Shown one piece after another: positions 1 through 13,400 of a stretch of DNA of 64,000 bases. Within the stretch, counting starts at the first letter, position 1, and each line of letters begins with the position of its first letter. The notes beneath the pieces are model-generated. The model was not told the DNA's origin. It worked only from the letters and a program-made list of their open reading frames with translations, and did no database searches. A program made the translations under genes and the position numbers. The stretch is from Lama glama (Eukaryota), in the NCBI GenBank assembly GCA_028534125.1, contig CM052844.1, positions 1,550,001-1,614,000 on the forward strand. Reading direction: 5' to 3'.

Positions 1-264
1 TTTCAGTTTTGACACCATTTTCTCTGGGAAACCTAGACTTCAAGTGTCCCTCTTCTGCTGCCATACAGTGTTCCTGCCATCACACGACACACACTGTCCT
101 GAAGACCCAAGGCAGAGATCTCGTCTGCTGTTTTAACTCTGTATCCCTAGCCCTCAGCACAGTACCCACCTATGACAAGCGCTTTTAAAATACTTGTGAA
201 TAGTGAATCAACCCACACGAAGGGCTTTACATTTATCAAGGCAGAACAATGCAATGCACACTTT

Positions 265-370
265 GGACTCAAATGTAGATTCAAATCCACTCTGCCACAT
301 ACTAGCTGGGTGGACCTTCCAAACCACTTAACCTCTCTGAGCCTCATTTCCCCATCTGCAAAAATCCCCC
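265..370 (+). repeat. MIR SINE fragment
   Basis: MIR core acttaacctctctgagcctcatttccccatctgcaaaa. Confidence 0.75.
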
Positions 371-475
371 TACATTCCAGGCTTTTCTTAGGAGTAAAAT
401 TCATCATGGATGACACAGAAATAAAACAAAGTAATTTCAGATTATGAAAAACATTAAGATTGTAAACTGACAGAG

Positions 476-1009
476 CAACAGTTCTCAAACCTTTTGGTCC
501 GAGGACCCCTTTACATTATTCAGTATCACTGAGGACCCCAAAGACATTAAAACTTTATATAAGTTGTATCAACTGACAACTGCCCTATTAGAAATCAAAA
601 CTGAGCAATTTTTGAAACACTCACTGAAAAATAAATCTATTACATGTTAACATACAGATTTTCATGAAAAAAATATTCTCAAAAGAATAGAGTTTTCACT
701 TTTACAAATCTTTTTAATGTCTGGTTTAACAGAACCAGACAGGTGGATCCTCATGTCTGCTTCTACATCCTCTCTGTTGCAATACGTAGTTTTTCAGTGA
801 AATGCATGAGGACAATGCAGCCTCATACAGGTTGGGGCCCTCACCACCACGCCGCCTGCTAAGGCGTCAGCAGTCTTACCCCAACTGCTGGTGTGTGCAA
901 CCAAGTAGAAGAGCCCATTAGTATCACTATGAAAATATTTACCTTGCAGACCCCTGAAACTGTCTCCAGGAACTCCTGGAGTCCTCAAACCACACGTTGA
1001 GAACCACTG
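476..1009 (-). mobile_element. Non-autonomous hAT-Charlie DNA transposon
   Basis: Terminal inverted repeats caacagttctcaa / ttgagaaccactg. 8-bp TSD tgacagag (468-475) / tggcagag (1010-1017). Confidence 0.85.
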
Positions 1010-1029
1010 TGGCAGAGAATGACTGGTGT

Positions 1030-1580
1030 AAAGCAGGGAATGGTCACTTTTAGAAAGGTCTGAGGAGGCTTCTCTCGGGAAGCTGAAGCACAGAGACCTA
1101 CAGAGTGAGCAGGAGGACGTGAATTCTCAGAACAGGGAACAGCACAGGCCCTGACTCACAAGCAAACGTCGCACGGTCAAGGACCACAGAGGACGGAGCG
1201 TGCAAGCCAGGAAAGAGACAGGAAGGGCAGGCAAAGGCCAGACTGGAGGTAAGAGCCTGCAGGAGTGGGATTTTAAGTTAAAGGGATGAGAGATCCACTG
1301 AACAGTTTTAACCAGGGAGTGGCCATCTTATTTACATTTTAAAGAGATGCCTGGGGCTGCCAGGTGATGGATTTACAGAAGGACCAAACAAGCAGAGACC
1401 AGTCAGAGAGATGATGGCTGGGCCAGCGGTGACACCAGAGATGGAAAGAGCAGGTAGAAGCTACAAAACTTAATTATGAAATGTCTTGGGAAATAAGAGA
1501 AATACTTGTTCTTAAGTCTAGGACCTGAAAAACCAGGTGAACAGTGATGCCATCTGGGCAGATAAGGAAGCCCGGCCTAC
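1030..1580 (-). repeat. L2 LINE fragment
   Basis: Purine-rich antisense L2-like motifs (ccactgaacagttttaaccagggagtg...tacattttaaagagat). Confidence 0.6.
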
Positions 1581-1779
1581 TCCAGTGCGAACTTTACACT
1601 CTTTCTCTATCTCAAGCCTTTTTCCAAGTAACTGAGGGGCACTGCCCTACTTTATTTTTAGCACAAGTCATATTAATAAACACTGCACAAAGTAAGGCCA
1701 AGACAGAGAGAGAGACCTTTAAGACCTCCTTCCAGACACCATTAGCCACTCATCCAAGTTCTGGGCAGTTACTACCACC

Positions 1780-3350
1780 CACGAATCCGCACACCTGTGT
1801 TATCATGCAGCCGCCGCTTCTCCGCGTCCGCAGAGGCCCCACGCGTGTGGACGCCCGCGGGGATCCGCGTGCCCCGCAGTGAACTACGTCACAGCATTTC
1901 CCCCATTCCCGCCGCTTAACTGCACCCGCCAGTGCGGGGACGGCGGCGGCCCTCGTGAGGGGACGCGGGGACACGGGGCCCCGGGCCGCCCTCTCCTCCC
2001 GCGCGCGTCCGCGGCTTCCGGACCAGCCTCCTCCCGCCGCGAGGGCTCACCGGCCGACTGACCGGCGCGGGGACGAAGCCTCCCCGCGGCCACAGCGCGC
2101 ACGGCGGGCCCCTTCCCGGCACGGAGCCCCGCACGGCACCGCCCCGCCCGGCCCAGGGCTCGGGGCCCGCGGACTCCGGTCCCGCCGCGGACGCTCGGCC
2201 GGGCGGTGCGGGGCGCCCTCCCGGGAAGCGCCGGCCCGAGGCCGCCGTCAGCCCGCCTCACGGCCGCCCACCCCCGAGAGGCCCCGGGAGCCAGCCCCGC
2301 CATTCCCCGGGGACTGACTTCCCCGTCAGGAAGGCCTCCTGACGAGCGCCGGCTAGGAGGCGTCGGGCGGGCGGGGAAGCGGAGGGCGACGAGGGAGGAG
2401 GAGGAGGACGCGAGGAGGCCGGGAGGGGACGGGCGGGGGAGGGGAAGGGACGGGTGAGACGCGAAGGGAGGGCGGCGGCGCGCGCCTCGCCCCCGGCCCC
2501 GCCGCCCGCCCGCGCGGCCCAGGAAAGTAGGCCCAGCCCGGCGGAGGGGCCGGCCGCGCCGCGCCGGTATCATTCCGCCCGCGCCCTGCGGCCGCCAGTC
2601 GGACGGTGGCGGCAGCGGCGGCGGGCACGGCGGGGCGTCCTCCCGGGCCCAGCCTCCGGCCTCCGGTCCCCGGCCCCCGGCCCCAGCCACGACCCGACCC
2701 CGGCCTGCTCCGCCGCCCCCGGCCCGACCCGCTCCCGGCGCCCCCCGCGCCGCATCCGGGGACTATATTCGCGCGGAGCGGCACAGCGCGGCCGGCCGGG
2801 CCGGGGCCGCTTACCGGTGTCGCCGCGCGCCTTGCTCTCCTTGGGCTTCGGGGGGCGGCCCCGCGGCATCGTCGGCGGCGGCGGCGGCGGACCACCCCTC
2901 GGCCGCACACACACTCACACACATACACTCGGCGGAGCGCGCACGCGCAGGGACCGGCCGCGGGGGCGCGGCGCGCGCCCGGCCGAGCGGCGGAGGCGGG
3001 CGGAGCGGCCGGGGCAGGCGGCCGCTGAGCCCTGGCCGAGCGCCCGCGGGCCTCACGGGGGGAAAGCGCCCGAACGAGCGAACGGGAGAGCTCGAACCGC
3101 GCCAACTTCGGCGGGTTCCATGGCCCGGCGGGCCGCGTTAGGGGCGTTGGGCGCGGGCGCGCGGTGGGGGCGGGGAGCGGCGCAGTGCGCATGCGCGCTC
3201 CGCCGTTCGGGCCGTGTGCGGTCGGAGGGCGAGTGGGCCGGGGTCACCTGGCGGCGCGAGCCTCGGGCGGGGGGGCCACCTGGTGGCGCGGGGCTCCTTG
3301 GTTGTGGGGCAGCCGGAGTCACCCAACTGGTAAGGCCATCGGGAAAACAG
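1780..3350. promoter_or_regulatory. CpG island / ZNF236 promoter, probably bidirectional
   Basis: Very high GC and CpG density, GC boxes, NRF1 site TGCGCATGCGC (3186-3196), CTCF-like CCACCAGGTGGC (minus, ~3275-3288), (CGG)6 at 2873-2890 in the 5'UTR. Confidence 0.92.
2815..2869 (-). CDS. ZNF236: First coding exon of zinc finger protein 236 (MPRGRPPKPKESKARGDT + 1 nt, phase-1 intron); rest of gene lies left of the window
   Basis: ATG at 2869 in Kozak context gccgccgacgATG inside a CpG island. Strong donor CCG|gtaagc at 2815/2814. Peptide matches the recalled N-terminus of the ZNF236 isoform MPRGRPPKPRESRARGDSD. A remnant of the human alternative exon 1 lies ~1 kb downstream. Confidence 0.85.
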
Positions 3351-4939
3351 GCAGGAAAGGTGCCCTTTTAACGGGCAGAAATGGTGAGAAGGAACTTTCC
3401 AGGTGGAGGTCGGGTAAAAAAGCCATCCAATGGTTCTGTATGTGCCGGGTGTTCATGTATTTATATGTGCTCATCTAATTCCAGGAAAACACCATATTCC
3501 CATGTCGGTTTATGAAGGCCTTGGAGCAAACTGCGCAAACTGTAGTGGCAAAAGGTCGGGAGCCTAGGATTTATCCAAACATGCATCTTGGACCGAGGAA
3601 GATACACCCAGAAGTCAGGAATGTTCCTGTCATCAAATGTGATACATTAAAATGCACAGTTTCAAATGTGTTGATCTTTTATTGTTGCCCATGCTAACCG
3701 CCACAGAATTCCAACGGGAACATGACAGCAGCGTTAGGTCAGGTAAACAGAAATAAAGTAGTCTAACCGTAATCTTCATAGCCTCAGAAAAATTAAGTAA
3801 AGAGCAGTGAGTAATTACCACCAAGTACATGCAAGGCGCCATAAGGGAATGTAAAGCTTAACCAAAAAAATCTGTCCCCCCAGAAAACTTGGAACCATGG
3901 ACAAGACACAAACTAGCCAAAATATGACAGGTTTTAAAAATCCACAGAGAACCCTCAGAAGGACAAGACTAATTAGAGAAATATCTAGGAAAGATCTTCT
4001 CAACTGAAACTTAGTAAATGGTTGCATTCCAACCGAGATGCTGAGAAAGGACTTTCTAGATGGAGGCAACAGAGTAAAGAAGGAAAAAACTAAAATTATG
4101 AGTCATATCTATCAGGTGCTTTACGTACATCCAGTTCCTGGGGAAGAGGGAAGAAAAACTAGACAATCACGTAAAAAGAACAAGATCAGGTTGTCCAGCC
4201 TCCAATGCCAGCCAGTGGATGGCAAATGGGATTCAGCGATTACTAACATTGGCCGTTTTTTAGCTTCTAAGAACATTTTAGTGCTTTACATAAAATGCTT
4301 CTAATTTTTGCAACATTCCTGCAAGGTACTATTTTACAGATAAGTTTGAGAGGGGTTAAGTAATTTGCTTAAGGCTACATAGCCTGTAAGTAAATCCAAG
4401 ACCCAAAACAAATCTGCTTACTTGCTAATCCCATGCACCTAGTTGCATCAAAGCAGAAGTCTACATAATTTTAGACAAAACACAGCTATCTCCATATGCA
4501 TATTAGGGTTTAGAGGCTTATATGGATAAGGCCGAGAAAATAGATTGGAGGCAGAGCATAAGAATCTTCAGTCATTACAAATCTATTTGGATGGCGATGA
4601 TGTGTTTTTGAATGTATACCTTACTTTGTTCTGAAAAGGACTTGAAGCAATTTCTATCGTGGTAAAACAAAGAGATGAGGAAATCAGGATGATGGGGGAA
4701 AACAGAAAAAGTGAGGAAGCACATAAACTAATAAAATCCTATGTAGGTACAAAAATAATAATAAAAGTCCAGGTTTCTTAGCTCAAGCAAAGAAGCAGAT
4801 ATGATCAGTGACAAGACTGTCACTTATCCATAAAAGACAGCTGTCCCGATGACTCACCGTGTGCCATGTGGTTTCACAGGGTTCTTTTCTCACCGTATGT
4901 GCACACATACACAAGGTACATAGCATCTTACCACCTGCA

Positions 4940-5695
4940 GAGGCAATTTTACTTCTCTTCTGATTTGGATACGTTTTGTTTTCTTGCCTGATTGCTCTGG
5001 CTAGGACTTTCCAGTGTAATGCTGAACAGGAGTGAGAGTGGGCACCCTCTTCTTGTTCCTGGTCATCCTGGGAAAGCTTTGAACATTTCACCACTGAGTA
5101 TGGTGTTAATGATCGTTCTGTCATACATGGCTTTATTATGTTGAGGTGCCGTCTTTCTATACTCAATTTACTGAGAGTTTTTTATCATGAAAGGATGTTG
5201 AATTACATCAGATGCGTTTTCTGCATCTATTGAAACGATCATATAATTCCTGTCTTTCATCCTATTAATATGGTGTATCACATTTATTGTCTTTCGTTGC
5301 TTTCCAGAGATCAATTCCACTTGATCACAGTGTACGATGCTTTTAGCGTGCTGTTGAGTTCAGTCTGCTAGTATCCTGTTTAAAATGTTCATACCGGTGT
5401 TCATCTGGGATACTGGCCTGCAGGTTTCTTGTATTGTCCTCATTTGGCTCCAGCACCAGGGTAATTCTGGCCTCCTGAACTGAAGTTCGGGAGTGCTTCC
5501 GCTCTTCAGTTTTTTGAGTTTGAGGAGAACTGGTGTTAACTCTTCTTTAAATGTTGGGTAGAATTTACCAGTGAAACCATCTAGTCCTGGGTTTTTCTTC
5601 GGCGGGAGGTTTGGGATTGTTGTTTCAATCTCCTTATTCTATTGGTTTATTCAGTGCTGTTTCTTCTTGATTCGGTCTTGGTAAGTTGCATGTAG
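4940..5695 (-). mobile_element. L1 ORF2 (RT region) fragment, frameshifted
   Basis: Translated remnants HLNIIK and VLARAIRQENK match L1 ORF2. Confidence 0.9.
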
Positions 5696-5749
5696 GTGGG
5701 TCTCCTAGACTCATCCGAGATGTCTCAGAGGGTTCCACGGAGAGCTGCT

Positions 5750-6950
5750 CATTTCTCCCTTTTCATTTTTCAGATGATAACTATCAGACATAAAAACAGG
5801 GGGCATAAAACGTGCTCCCCAGAACCACCACACAGGGCACAGCTAGAAAAGAGGACCAACACCCTGGAAGCCCCTTATGTGAGCCTCCCTGCGAACGCTC
5901 CCCTGGAGACACTTGCCCTCCTGATACCACAGCAGTCATCACCGTGCCTTTATGGTTGTACAGTCTATTCAGACGTCTTTAAATGAATGAAGTATTTGTC
6001 AGTTGGTCCAGCTTTGGAACCTTTTCTTAAAGTTCTTCCAAATTCTTCTGCTTCCTGCTTCTTTGCTCAATATTGTGTTTGTAAGGTTCAAAGACCAGGT
6101 GCCCGCAGCTGGGCTCGTTTATCTTCTCCGTTAGGCAGGATTTCATTGTGCGACTCTGCCACAGAGTACTCCTCCAGGCCACTGTCGACAGACTCGGGGC
6201 TCTGTCACGTTGTTTTGTTTTTCTTTTGTTTCCTAAATGGACACTCTTGTACTTGCCTTCTGCAGTTGATTTTTTAAATACAGTGTGAACAATTTGTGCC
6301 TGTTGTTTTATTTTTTGCTTTCAATTTGCCCCAAATCATCTACGGTCACTTCTCTCTTTTGCCCTCTCTTGGACTGACATTTTTTTCTTATTCTACTTTT
6401 TCGCCTTTACTAATTTGAAAGTTATGTACGCTGTTCTGTTCAGGAAACCCTGGGAACTTCAAGATGATACTTATACAAGTAGGGTGTTCATCAGCATCTT
6501 CGCCTTTCCCCTAGTTTATATGCCACCCACGTGCATGGACCTGTGTGTGTGCGTGGCATTCCAGGTGGTCCACTTCCTCACCCCACTCGGTATGGCCAGC
6601 CTTCTAAACTGCAGGCTTTGCAGTGGGTGTGTAGCGGAGGCTCGTGGCTTTGACGAGCCTTTCGTGGATAACCGCTGCTGCTGAGCACCTTGACATGTGC
6701 TTGTTTGCTATCCGTGTATTGTCAGATCTTTTGCCCATTTTTAACTGGACTGTTTGTCATCTTGCTTTTGAGTTGTATGGTTATTTATACATTCCAAATA
6801 CAATTTCTTCGCCAGATATGTTTTGCAACACTTTCTCCTGCTACGTGGCTTGCCTTTTTACTTGGAAAACAGTGTTCTTTGAATAGTATAAGTTTTTATT
6901 GTTTGAAGTCCAAACTATCAGTTGTTTCATGCCTTTTGTATCATTTTTAA
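5750..6950 (-). repeat. Old L1M fragments
   Basis: T-rich antisense L1 motifs (gtcagatcttttgcccatttttaactggactgtttgtc). Confidence 0.65.
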
Positions 6951-8679
6951 GAAACTAGTATCTGGGGATGTGAATGTGAGTTCACTCCAGAGTTGTCTGA
7001 ATTCAGAGTCCAACCTGAACTAGACTCTGAAATCTGCCAGAAGCTGAAACTGCCTGGAGTCGCTCCAGGAATTCACTGACTGAGTTTGGCTCCTAAGAAA
7101 ATTGAGTATGATGATGGAAATAGTAATAATTTATAGTAAGCAGAGAGACAAAATGATTACTACGGCTAAAGCTAGAACTGTAGTAACACCAGTCAGCCTT
7201 GTCTCGTGACTCTCTCAAGAAGCACTCAGTCACCAGGAAAATGGGCAGAGACCCACATGGCAGGGAGGATGTGAGGACAAGCCAGGAGCTGACTGGGGTG
7301 AGGGGTAAGCTGGGGTGCCACCGAGCACGCGGCTTCAAAAAGTATGACCAGCTGATCTGAAGGAAGGGATGATGTTATTCGGACACTGTTCAAACGAGGA
7401 AGAAACTGATGTGTGAGGAGACAGTGTCTTGGATAAGGAGAGGGAGGCTCCGTGAGGATGCCGGGCACTCCCAGCAGCAGTGGCGGAGTGGGACAGCGGG
7501 AGGACCCAGTTTGTCACCAGAGGAAAGAAGGAAAGATCACACACAAGTCCTGGTGCAACCATGGAAGGGGCTGTTGTCCCACCTACCCATCCACCCAGCT
7601 GCCTATCCGTCTGTCTGTCACCTGTCTTCTTACGGTTCACTGCACGCTCACTGCATACCAGGCACCACACCACCCTCTCTAACAGCCTCTTTCACCCCTG
7701 CAACTAGTAAAGTTAGCGGAGAAACTGAGGAACATGGGGACTGTAGCTACTAGAAAGCTAGAATGGTGCTGAGAACAGAATGCAGATTTTAGACTCTATG
7801 CCCAGGGCTACTTACTAACTGATGGAGATAGAATGTTCACTCTCTTAAAACTATATAAAATAGCAGATTCGGCCCTAAAGATGCTAAAGGAGGAACAGGC
7901 AAAACATCAAAACTCTGAGTAAAATGTTCATATTATCCTAGTAATAGGGACAGAGAACCATCACTGCATTAATGCCTTGTCTGGTTTTCGATGTTTCAAT
8001 CCCTCTCCCCTGGTGGGGAGATTCGTAGGAGGCAGCAAGGACCAGCAGGGGTGCGGCCCATCCAGGGCCGGGCACTGGGGGGGAGGGGGAGCAGGGTGTC
8101 GCAGCGAGTGAGCTGCAGTCTGGACACTCTCTGGGTGGGGGGCGCCAGACTGGACTACAGGGAGGAGCAGGGAGAGGAACCCCAGGCCGGAGCAGATGCA
8201 GGCGGAGGAGGGGCCCTGGGGTGGGGTGGGGGTCCCGGGTGGGCCGCCTCCCCTGGGAGCAGGCTGGCCTGCTTACTCCGCGCCCTGGCCCATCAACGTC
8301 CAGGGCCAAGACCCCAAAGGTTAATCCCCAGCCCAGCGCACCTGGGCTCTCTGCCCCGTTCCGGCCAAGGTGCGGCCGCGCCAGAAACAGCAAGGCTGGG
8401 ATCCATCACCCTGTGGCTAGACCCAGGGATGACGGTGCACAGAGAGGGAAGCAGGAAGAGGCGGGAACAGAAGGAGATGAAGACAAGAGAGAGTGGGGGG
8501 GAGGGGAGGAGCGCCACCTGGCGGCGGACTAGGCCACCTGCAGCCCCCGGGCCGCGCAGATCGCTGTTTCTGATGCCGGACTGACCTCCAGGGCTCACGC
8601 TGTGCCTGGCTCACACCGGCCGCTCATAGTAACAAGAGACAACATTTCTTTACTGAGCAGCGACTCTGAGGGTCTCTTT

Positions 8680-9740
8680 TTTAATTACCATTTTTTATTT
8701 TTTTACAGTTTCACATTTTCAGAAAAATTGATCAGCTGGTGCAGGAAGTTTCCATATACCCTCCTCCCATACACAGTTTCTCATTTTAGTAACACCTTGC
8801 ATTAGTGTGTTACATTACACTCAGGGACCAATATTGCAACATTAGTATTAACCAAATTTCATACTGTACATTGAGGCTCATTTTTGTGCAGTTGTATGGG
8901 TTCTGACGTGCCCACCATGTATCACAGAGAAGGGCTCTGCTGCCCTCAGATTCCTCTCTTCTACCTGCTCGCCCCTCCCCACTCCTGAACCCTGGCATTG
9001 ACTGACCATTTTACTGTCTCTATGTTGCCTCTTCCAGACTGTCACAGAGTCAGAATCACACAGGAGGCATCCTTTCAGATCAGCTCTTTCAGTTAGCAAA
9101 GTGCATTTAAGATTCCGCCATGTCTTTCTTGCTTATTCATTCTTGCTTTCTTGCTAGTTCATTTCTTTTTATTGCCAAGTAATATTCCATTGTATGGATA
9201 AACCACAATTTATCTATCTACTCACCCACTGAAAGACATCTTGGTTGTTTCCAGTTTTTGGAGACGATGAATAAAGCCGCTTTGAACGTCCATGTGCAGA
9301 TCTTGTGGACACAAGCTTTCAGCTCCTTGGTGTAAGTACCAAGGAGCATGCTTGCTGGTCACAGGGCTATATTTAGTCTTAGAAGAAGCCACCAACGTGG
9401 CTGCACCGTCTGCCTTCCCACGGGCAGTAACTGGGGGTCCCTGCTGCTCCGCGTCCTTGCCAGCACCTGGCGTCGTCAGCGTTCCCGAGCCTGCCCATTC
9501 TAACAGGTGTGCTGCAGTGCCTCGCTGCTGTTTTGATCTGTAATCCTCTAATGACAGATGATTCAGAGCATTCTTTTTCATCTGCTTATTTGCCATCTGT
9601 AGATCTTCTTTGCTGAGGTGGTTATTGAGATCTTTGCCCATTTTTAAAATTGGACTGTTTGTTTTCTTGTTGAGTTTAACTGTGTATTTTGGGTAGCAGT
9701 TTTTTAAAAATAAATATGTGTTTTGCAATACATTCTAATA
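8680..9740 (-). repeat. L1MB/MC-type 3' end
   Basis: Minus ORF remnant KMGKDLNNHLSKEDLQMANKQMK plus typical L1M 3'UTR motifs. Confidence 0.85.
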
Positions 9741-10104
9741 CATATGAAATAAACACAGGGGTATTTAAATAGAACATACTTGTTGGGGTGTCACCTAAAA
9801 TGACTTCCGGTGCCATCTGTGGCTGCACACAGCATCTGGGGGTATGCGACTTACATGTCCCAGCCAGAGTGCAGCAGCAGTGACACTCACTCACTCCCGG
9901 GGACGCGTGTTAATGCTGAGCGACCAGTGCAGGAAGCTCACTTCTCAGGCTGCAGCCTGGACGAGGCGTCTCTACTTCAGACAGACCAGCCAACACGACC
10001 TGCGCTGCAGGAGACTTAGCTCACACAACGCTCCTCCAACACTGCTAGCCTGGGGACTCGCTTCCACGTAGATTTAAAGGCGTTTACTTCCTAATGGTTC
10101 ATCC

Positions 10105-10442
10105 CCGTCTCAGTCCACTCGGGCTGCTCCAGTACCAGGACGCCTGTCTCGTCAACAACAGGAATTCACTTCTCCCAGGTCTGGAGGCCAGAGCCGAGGT
10201 CAGGGCTGGGGGGCCAGTTCCGGCCAAGGCCTCTCTGAGCAGCAGACGCTGTCTTCTTGCCGTGGCCTCCAGTGGCTGACAGGGCCGGGGAGCTCCCCGT
10301 GGCTTCCTCCACAAGGGCACTAACCCCATTATGAGGGCCCTGCCTTTATGACCTCACAGGCCTCACCTCCTAACACCAGCACACAGGGGGCCGGGTTTCA
10401 ACACCTGAGTTGTGGGGGTCCCTAACAGCATCTCAGCACACG
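10105..10442 (-). mobile_element. MaLR (MLT1A-like) solo LTR
   Basis: aagggcactaaccccattatgagggccctgcctttatgacct and cctcacctcctaacacc...gtttcaaca motifs. Confidence 0.8.
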
Positions 10443-13400
10443 CGATGTCCACAGTGTGAACGAGGAGCGGCAGAGAGCTCTGCTCAGCACCTCGTCCTGC
10501 GAGGGGGCACCTGCCGCAGCCGCCGGCCGACAGTGCGCTGGGCCTCAGATGGAGGAAGTCGGGATGGTGACAGGGCGCTCTGTGCTGTGCTAGCAGACCC
10601 CGTAGACAGCTGGGCGCACGTCTTGGGAAGAACGTTAATGACCCCAGATGCCCGCATCTTCCCATACGCAGAAAAGCACCAAGATCGTTCAGCTGAGACG
10701 TCTGTTCTTTGGGACCAGCAGCAACCTTTTACCAAGCCGCCCAACGATGGCCAGTGGGCGTACCCGTCAGAGGCTGTCTCTGGGCTACGGTTCTCAGGAA
10801 GACCCTGAAGAAAACAACTCACAGCTCTCATGCTCTGTGTTTTTCCCTTTCAGGCAACACCACCGCCTCCTGCTCCCTCCTAGAGCTGGTCTTGTTAACA
10901 GAGAGTCTTAGACACGCTGCCTCTACCAAAGATGAGTTCTGCTTTCCAATGACATCAGCAAAGGCGATGGAACCTTCTAGCAGATCTTCCCAAGAGAGGC
11001 TCTGTCTAGTGACAGCACAGACAGAGAACAGGATGGGAGACAGGAGGCCTGAGCTCCCGCGGTGATTTAGACTCGTGGTGGGAGTCTCACGGCTTCTCTG
11101 AGGCTCAGTTCTGAACATCAAGCAAGTGACTGGAATGTTCCCTCTAGTTGCAACACTTTTATGAGTCAATGCGTTTTGAAGCTTACCGTTGAGACACAGC
11201 GAATTGCTACATTAAAGCGTCCGCACTGAAGAGTCGCAGGCCGTGCTCAACACTTCGCCCCAGGAGGAAGGAAGCAGTAGCCTTCACCTGCTCCCCAGCT
11301 GAGATCTGAAACAAGCAGCAAAGCCAGAGGCAGGAAACCACTGCCCCTCCGAGGCGACTGTGCCCTCGCAGGGGACACGCCGTGTGCTGGTATCGGGCCA
11401 AACACCTTTAGTGACAGATGCGAATCCGAGTAAAATGGGACAGAAGACCTTCAGTGAAAACGTGTCTGAAGTTTGACAGCCACCGCCACTTCAGACCAGC
11501 ACCACCAGCAGCCCGCGGCTAAGCCGGGGGCCCCGCTCCACGGCTGGTGCAGAGCGTGGGCTCTTCCACCGTTTTTCTGGAGAAGCGGGCTCACCGCGCC
11601 GCCTTTTTCTTATTGATCTGTAAGAGCGTTTCGTGCATTAATCATGAAAACACTGCTATGGTGGTTACGCAGTAACTCATTCAAGGCTCCTTCCCATCTC
11701 TGGCTGTAAACCCGGTAGAAGATCTCTGGAAGCCCTGGAGGACGCCGGGCTGCTTGCCCGGTCCCCTGCTGCCCTGGAGCCGCGCTGTGCGGGGGCGTTT
11801 GTGGCCAGCGGGCTCCGGGGTGCAGGGCAAGCGCGGGGACCGGGGCTGGGGGTGGCCCTGGACAAATGGCCCTTCTCACTGTCACCCCGCTCCAATTCCA
11901 TCTTCTTCAGCACACAAAGAGCACTAAGGCCTTCGCAGGGATTAACAAGCCACACATTATGCTTCAAGAATTATGTGACATTTCGATGGCCCTGACATGT
12001 GAAAGGCTTCCATTGTGTCTAGACTCAAATGCACCACCAGCTCTCATGATGTCCTGGTTAGAAGCCTGTTTTCTGTTTGTATCCTCAGATCACAAGCAGT
12101 TGCCTCCTGGAGTCTGAAGACGACGTTTCAGTTGCACACCCAGAGAACCACCTGTGCACGGGAACCGGGTCAATGACTCTGAAGCCTCCAGACTCGCACT
12201 TAGTGCCTCCGAGCACGAGGCTTCCACAGAGCTTCTCAGCCCACACGCTGTTTAACCTGAGCCCCCCTCTGTTCACGACGAAAAGGAGGCCCGATGTCGA
12301 GAGGAGGGTCGGGCAGAGCAGAACAGGAGAGAAAGGACAGGGCGCGGCACCGGGCGCATCCACCTTCCTCGGAGGTCGACACACCACCCCCCTGAAAACA
12401 GCGAGTCATACACTTTCATCTCTACCCAGATCACTTTATAACATCCTATCAAAGAGATACTTGGTTAAATCACTTGTTACTTCTCAAGTAAAACCAAGGT
12501 ATGTTTATAGTCAGGGGAGGCACTCCACTCTGTGGCTGCAACAGATGTGAAGGATGTCTTGACAACGTGCTCCACATCGACACCTGCGGACTCCACAGGC
12601 GACATGCCTAGTCCACTGCGGGCGCCTCCTCTCCCCGCTGTTCACAATCGCCTGTCCGTCTGACTCCTCTCGGACTGGCCAATTCACCAAGCAAAACAGG
12701 AAGGGAAACGCTTCTCCCGGGCCCCGGGCCCCGGGCCCCGGGGCAGCTATCCACACGTCTGCACACGACTTTCTGTCTTAGATGAATCCTCCCACGCTGA
12801 GATTGCAGAAACAGACACGCTTCAAGGTTCTGTCAACAATTTAAGCTTCTTTCTGATCTTTGAGAAGATTATACATTTTCCTTATTACAAATTAACACAT
12901 TTCACTGAAGAAAATTCACATGAGCAGAAAGAAGAAATAATGACCAGCCATAAACAGCGCCCGGGCCATGCATGCAAGGCTGCACGGGGGCAGCCTTACA
13001 CGGCACACCGCTGCGTGTGCCCCTCCATCAACTGCGTGACTGTGAACATTGTGGTAGGTTTTCCCGGCCTTTCCAAAACTATCCAGAATTTTAAGAAAAT
13101 AAATGAATGAATCATCATTACCCTTAGCTACCTGAAAGATGCTCCGAATGAAGGTGCCAAGAGCTCTGATCTTTCCCTGGACCAGTGAAGCTGGCGCAGG
13201 TACTCGAGACCCTGGGCAGAGAGGAAGCAGCCTGCTTGGGCCTTCCCTGGGCCTGCGATGCTCTGTGCCGAGGACAAGCAGGTTTCAAGGCCGCGGAGGT
13301 GGCACGCGGTTCCTTCTCACCCTCAGGGCCCTCCGACGGCCATGCCCACATCCAGCAGGATTCTCACTGCGCTGGGCGCACACTGCGTTGTGGCTCGCAT

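Noticed and set aside
1884-3371. Long overlapping ORFs (268, 279, 305 aa) in the CpG island
   Set aside because: Low-complexity R/G/P/A translations expected from stop-poor GC-rich DNA; only the 55-nt spliced exon is supported.
6985-7075. Structured ncRNA (ttcagagtc/gactctgaa and cctggag/ctccagg hairpins)
   Set aside because: Short stems compatible with chance; no snoRNA boxes or Pol III signals.
12716-12743. (CCCGGGC)4 repeat; also G4-like runs near 8215 and 45810
   Set aside because: Ordinary simple repeats in GC-rich DNA.
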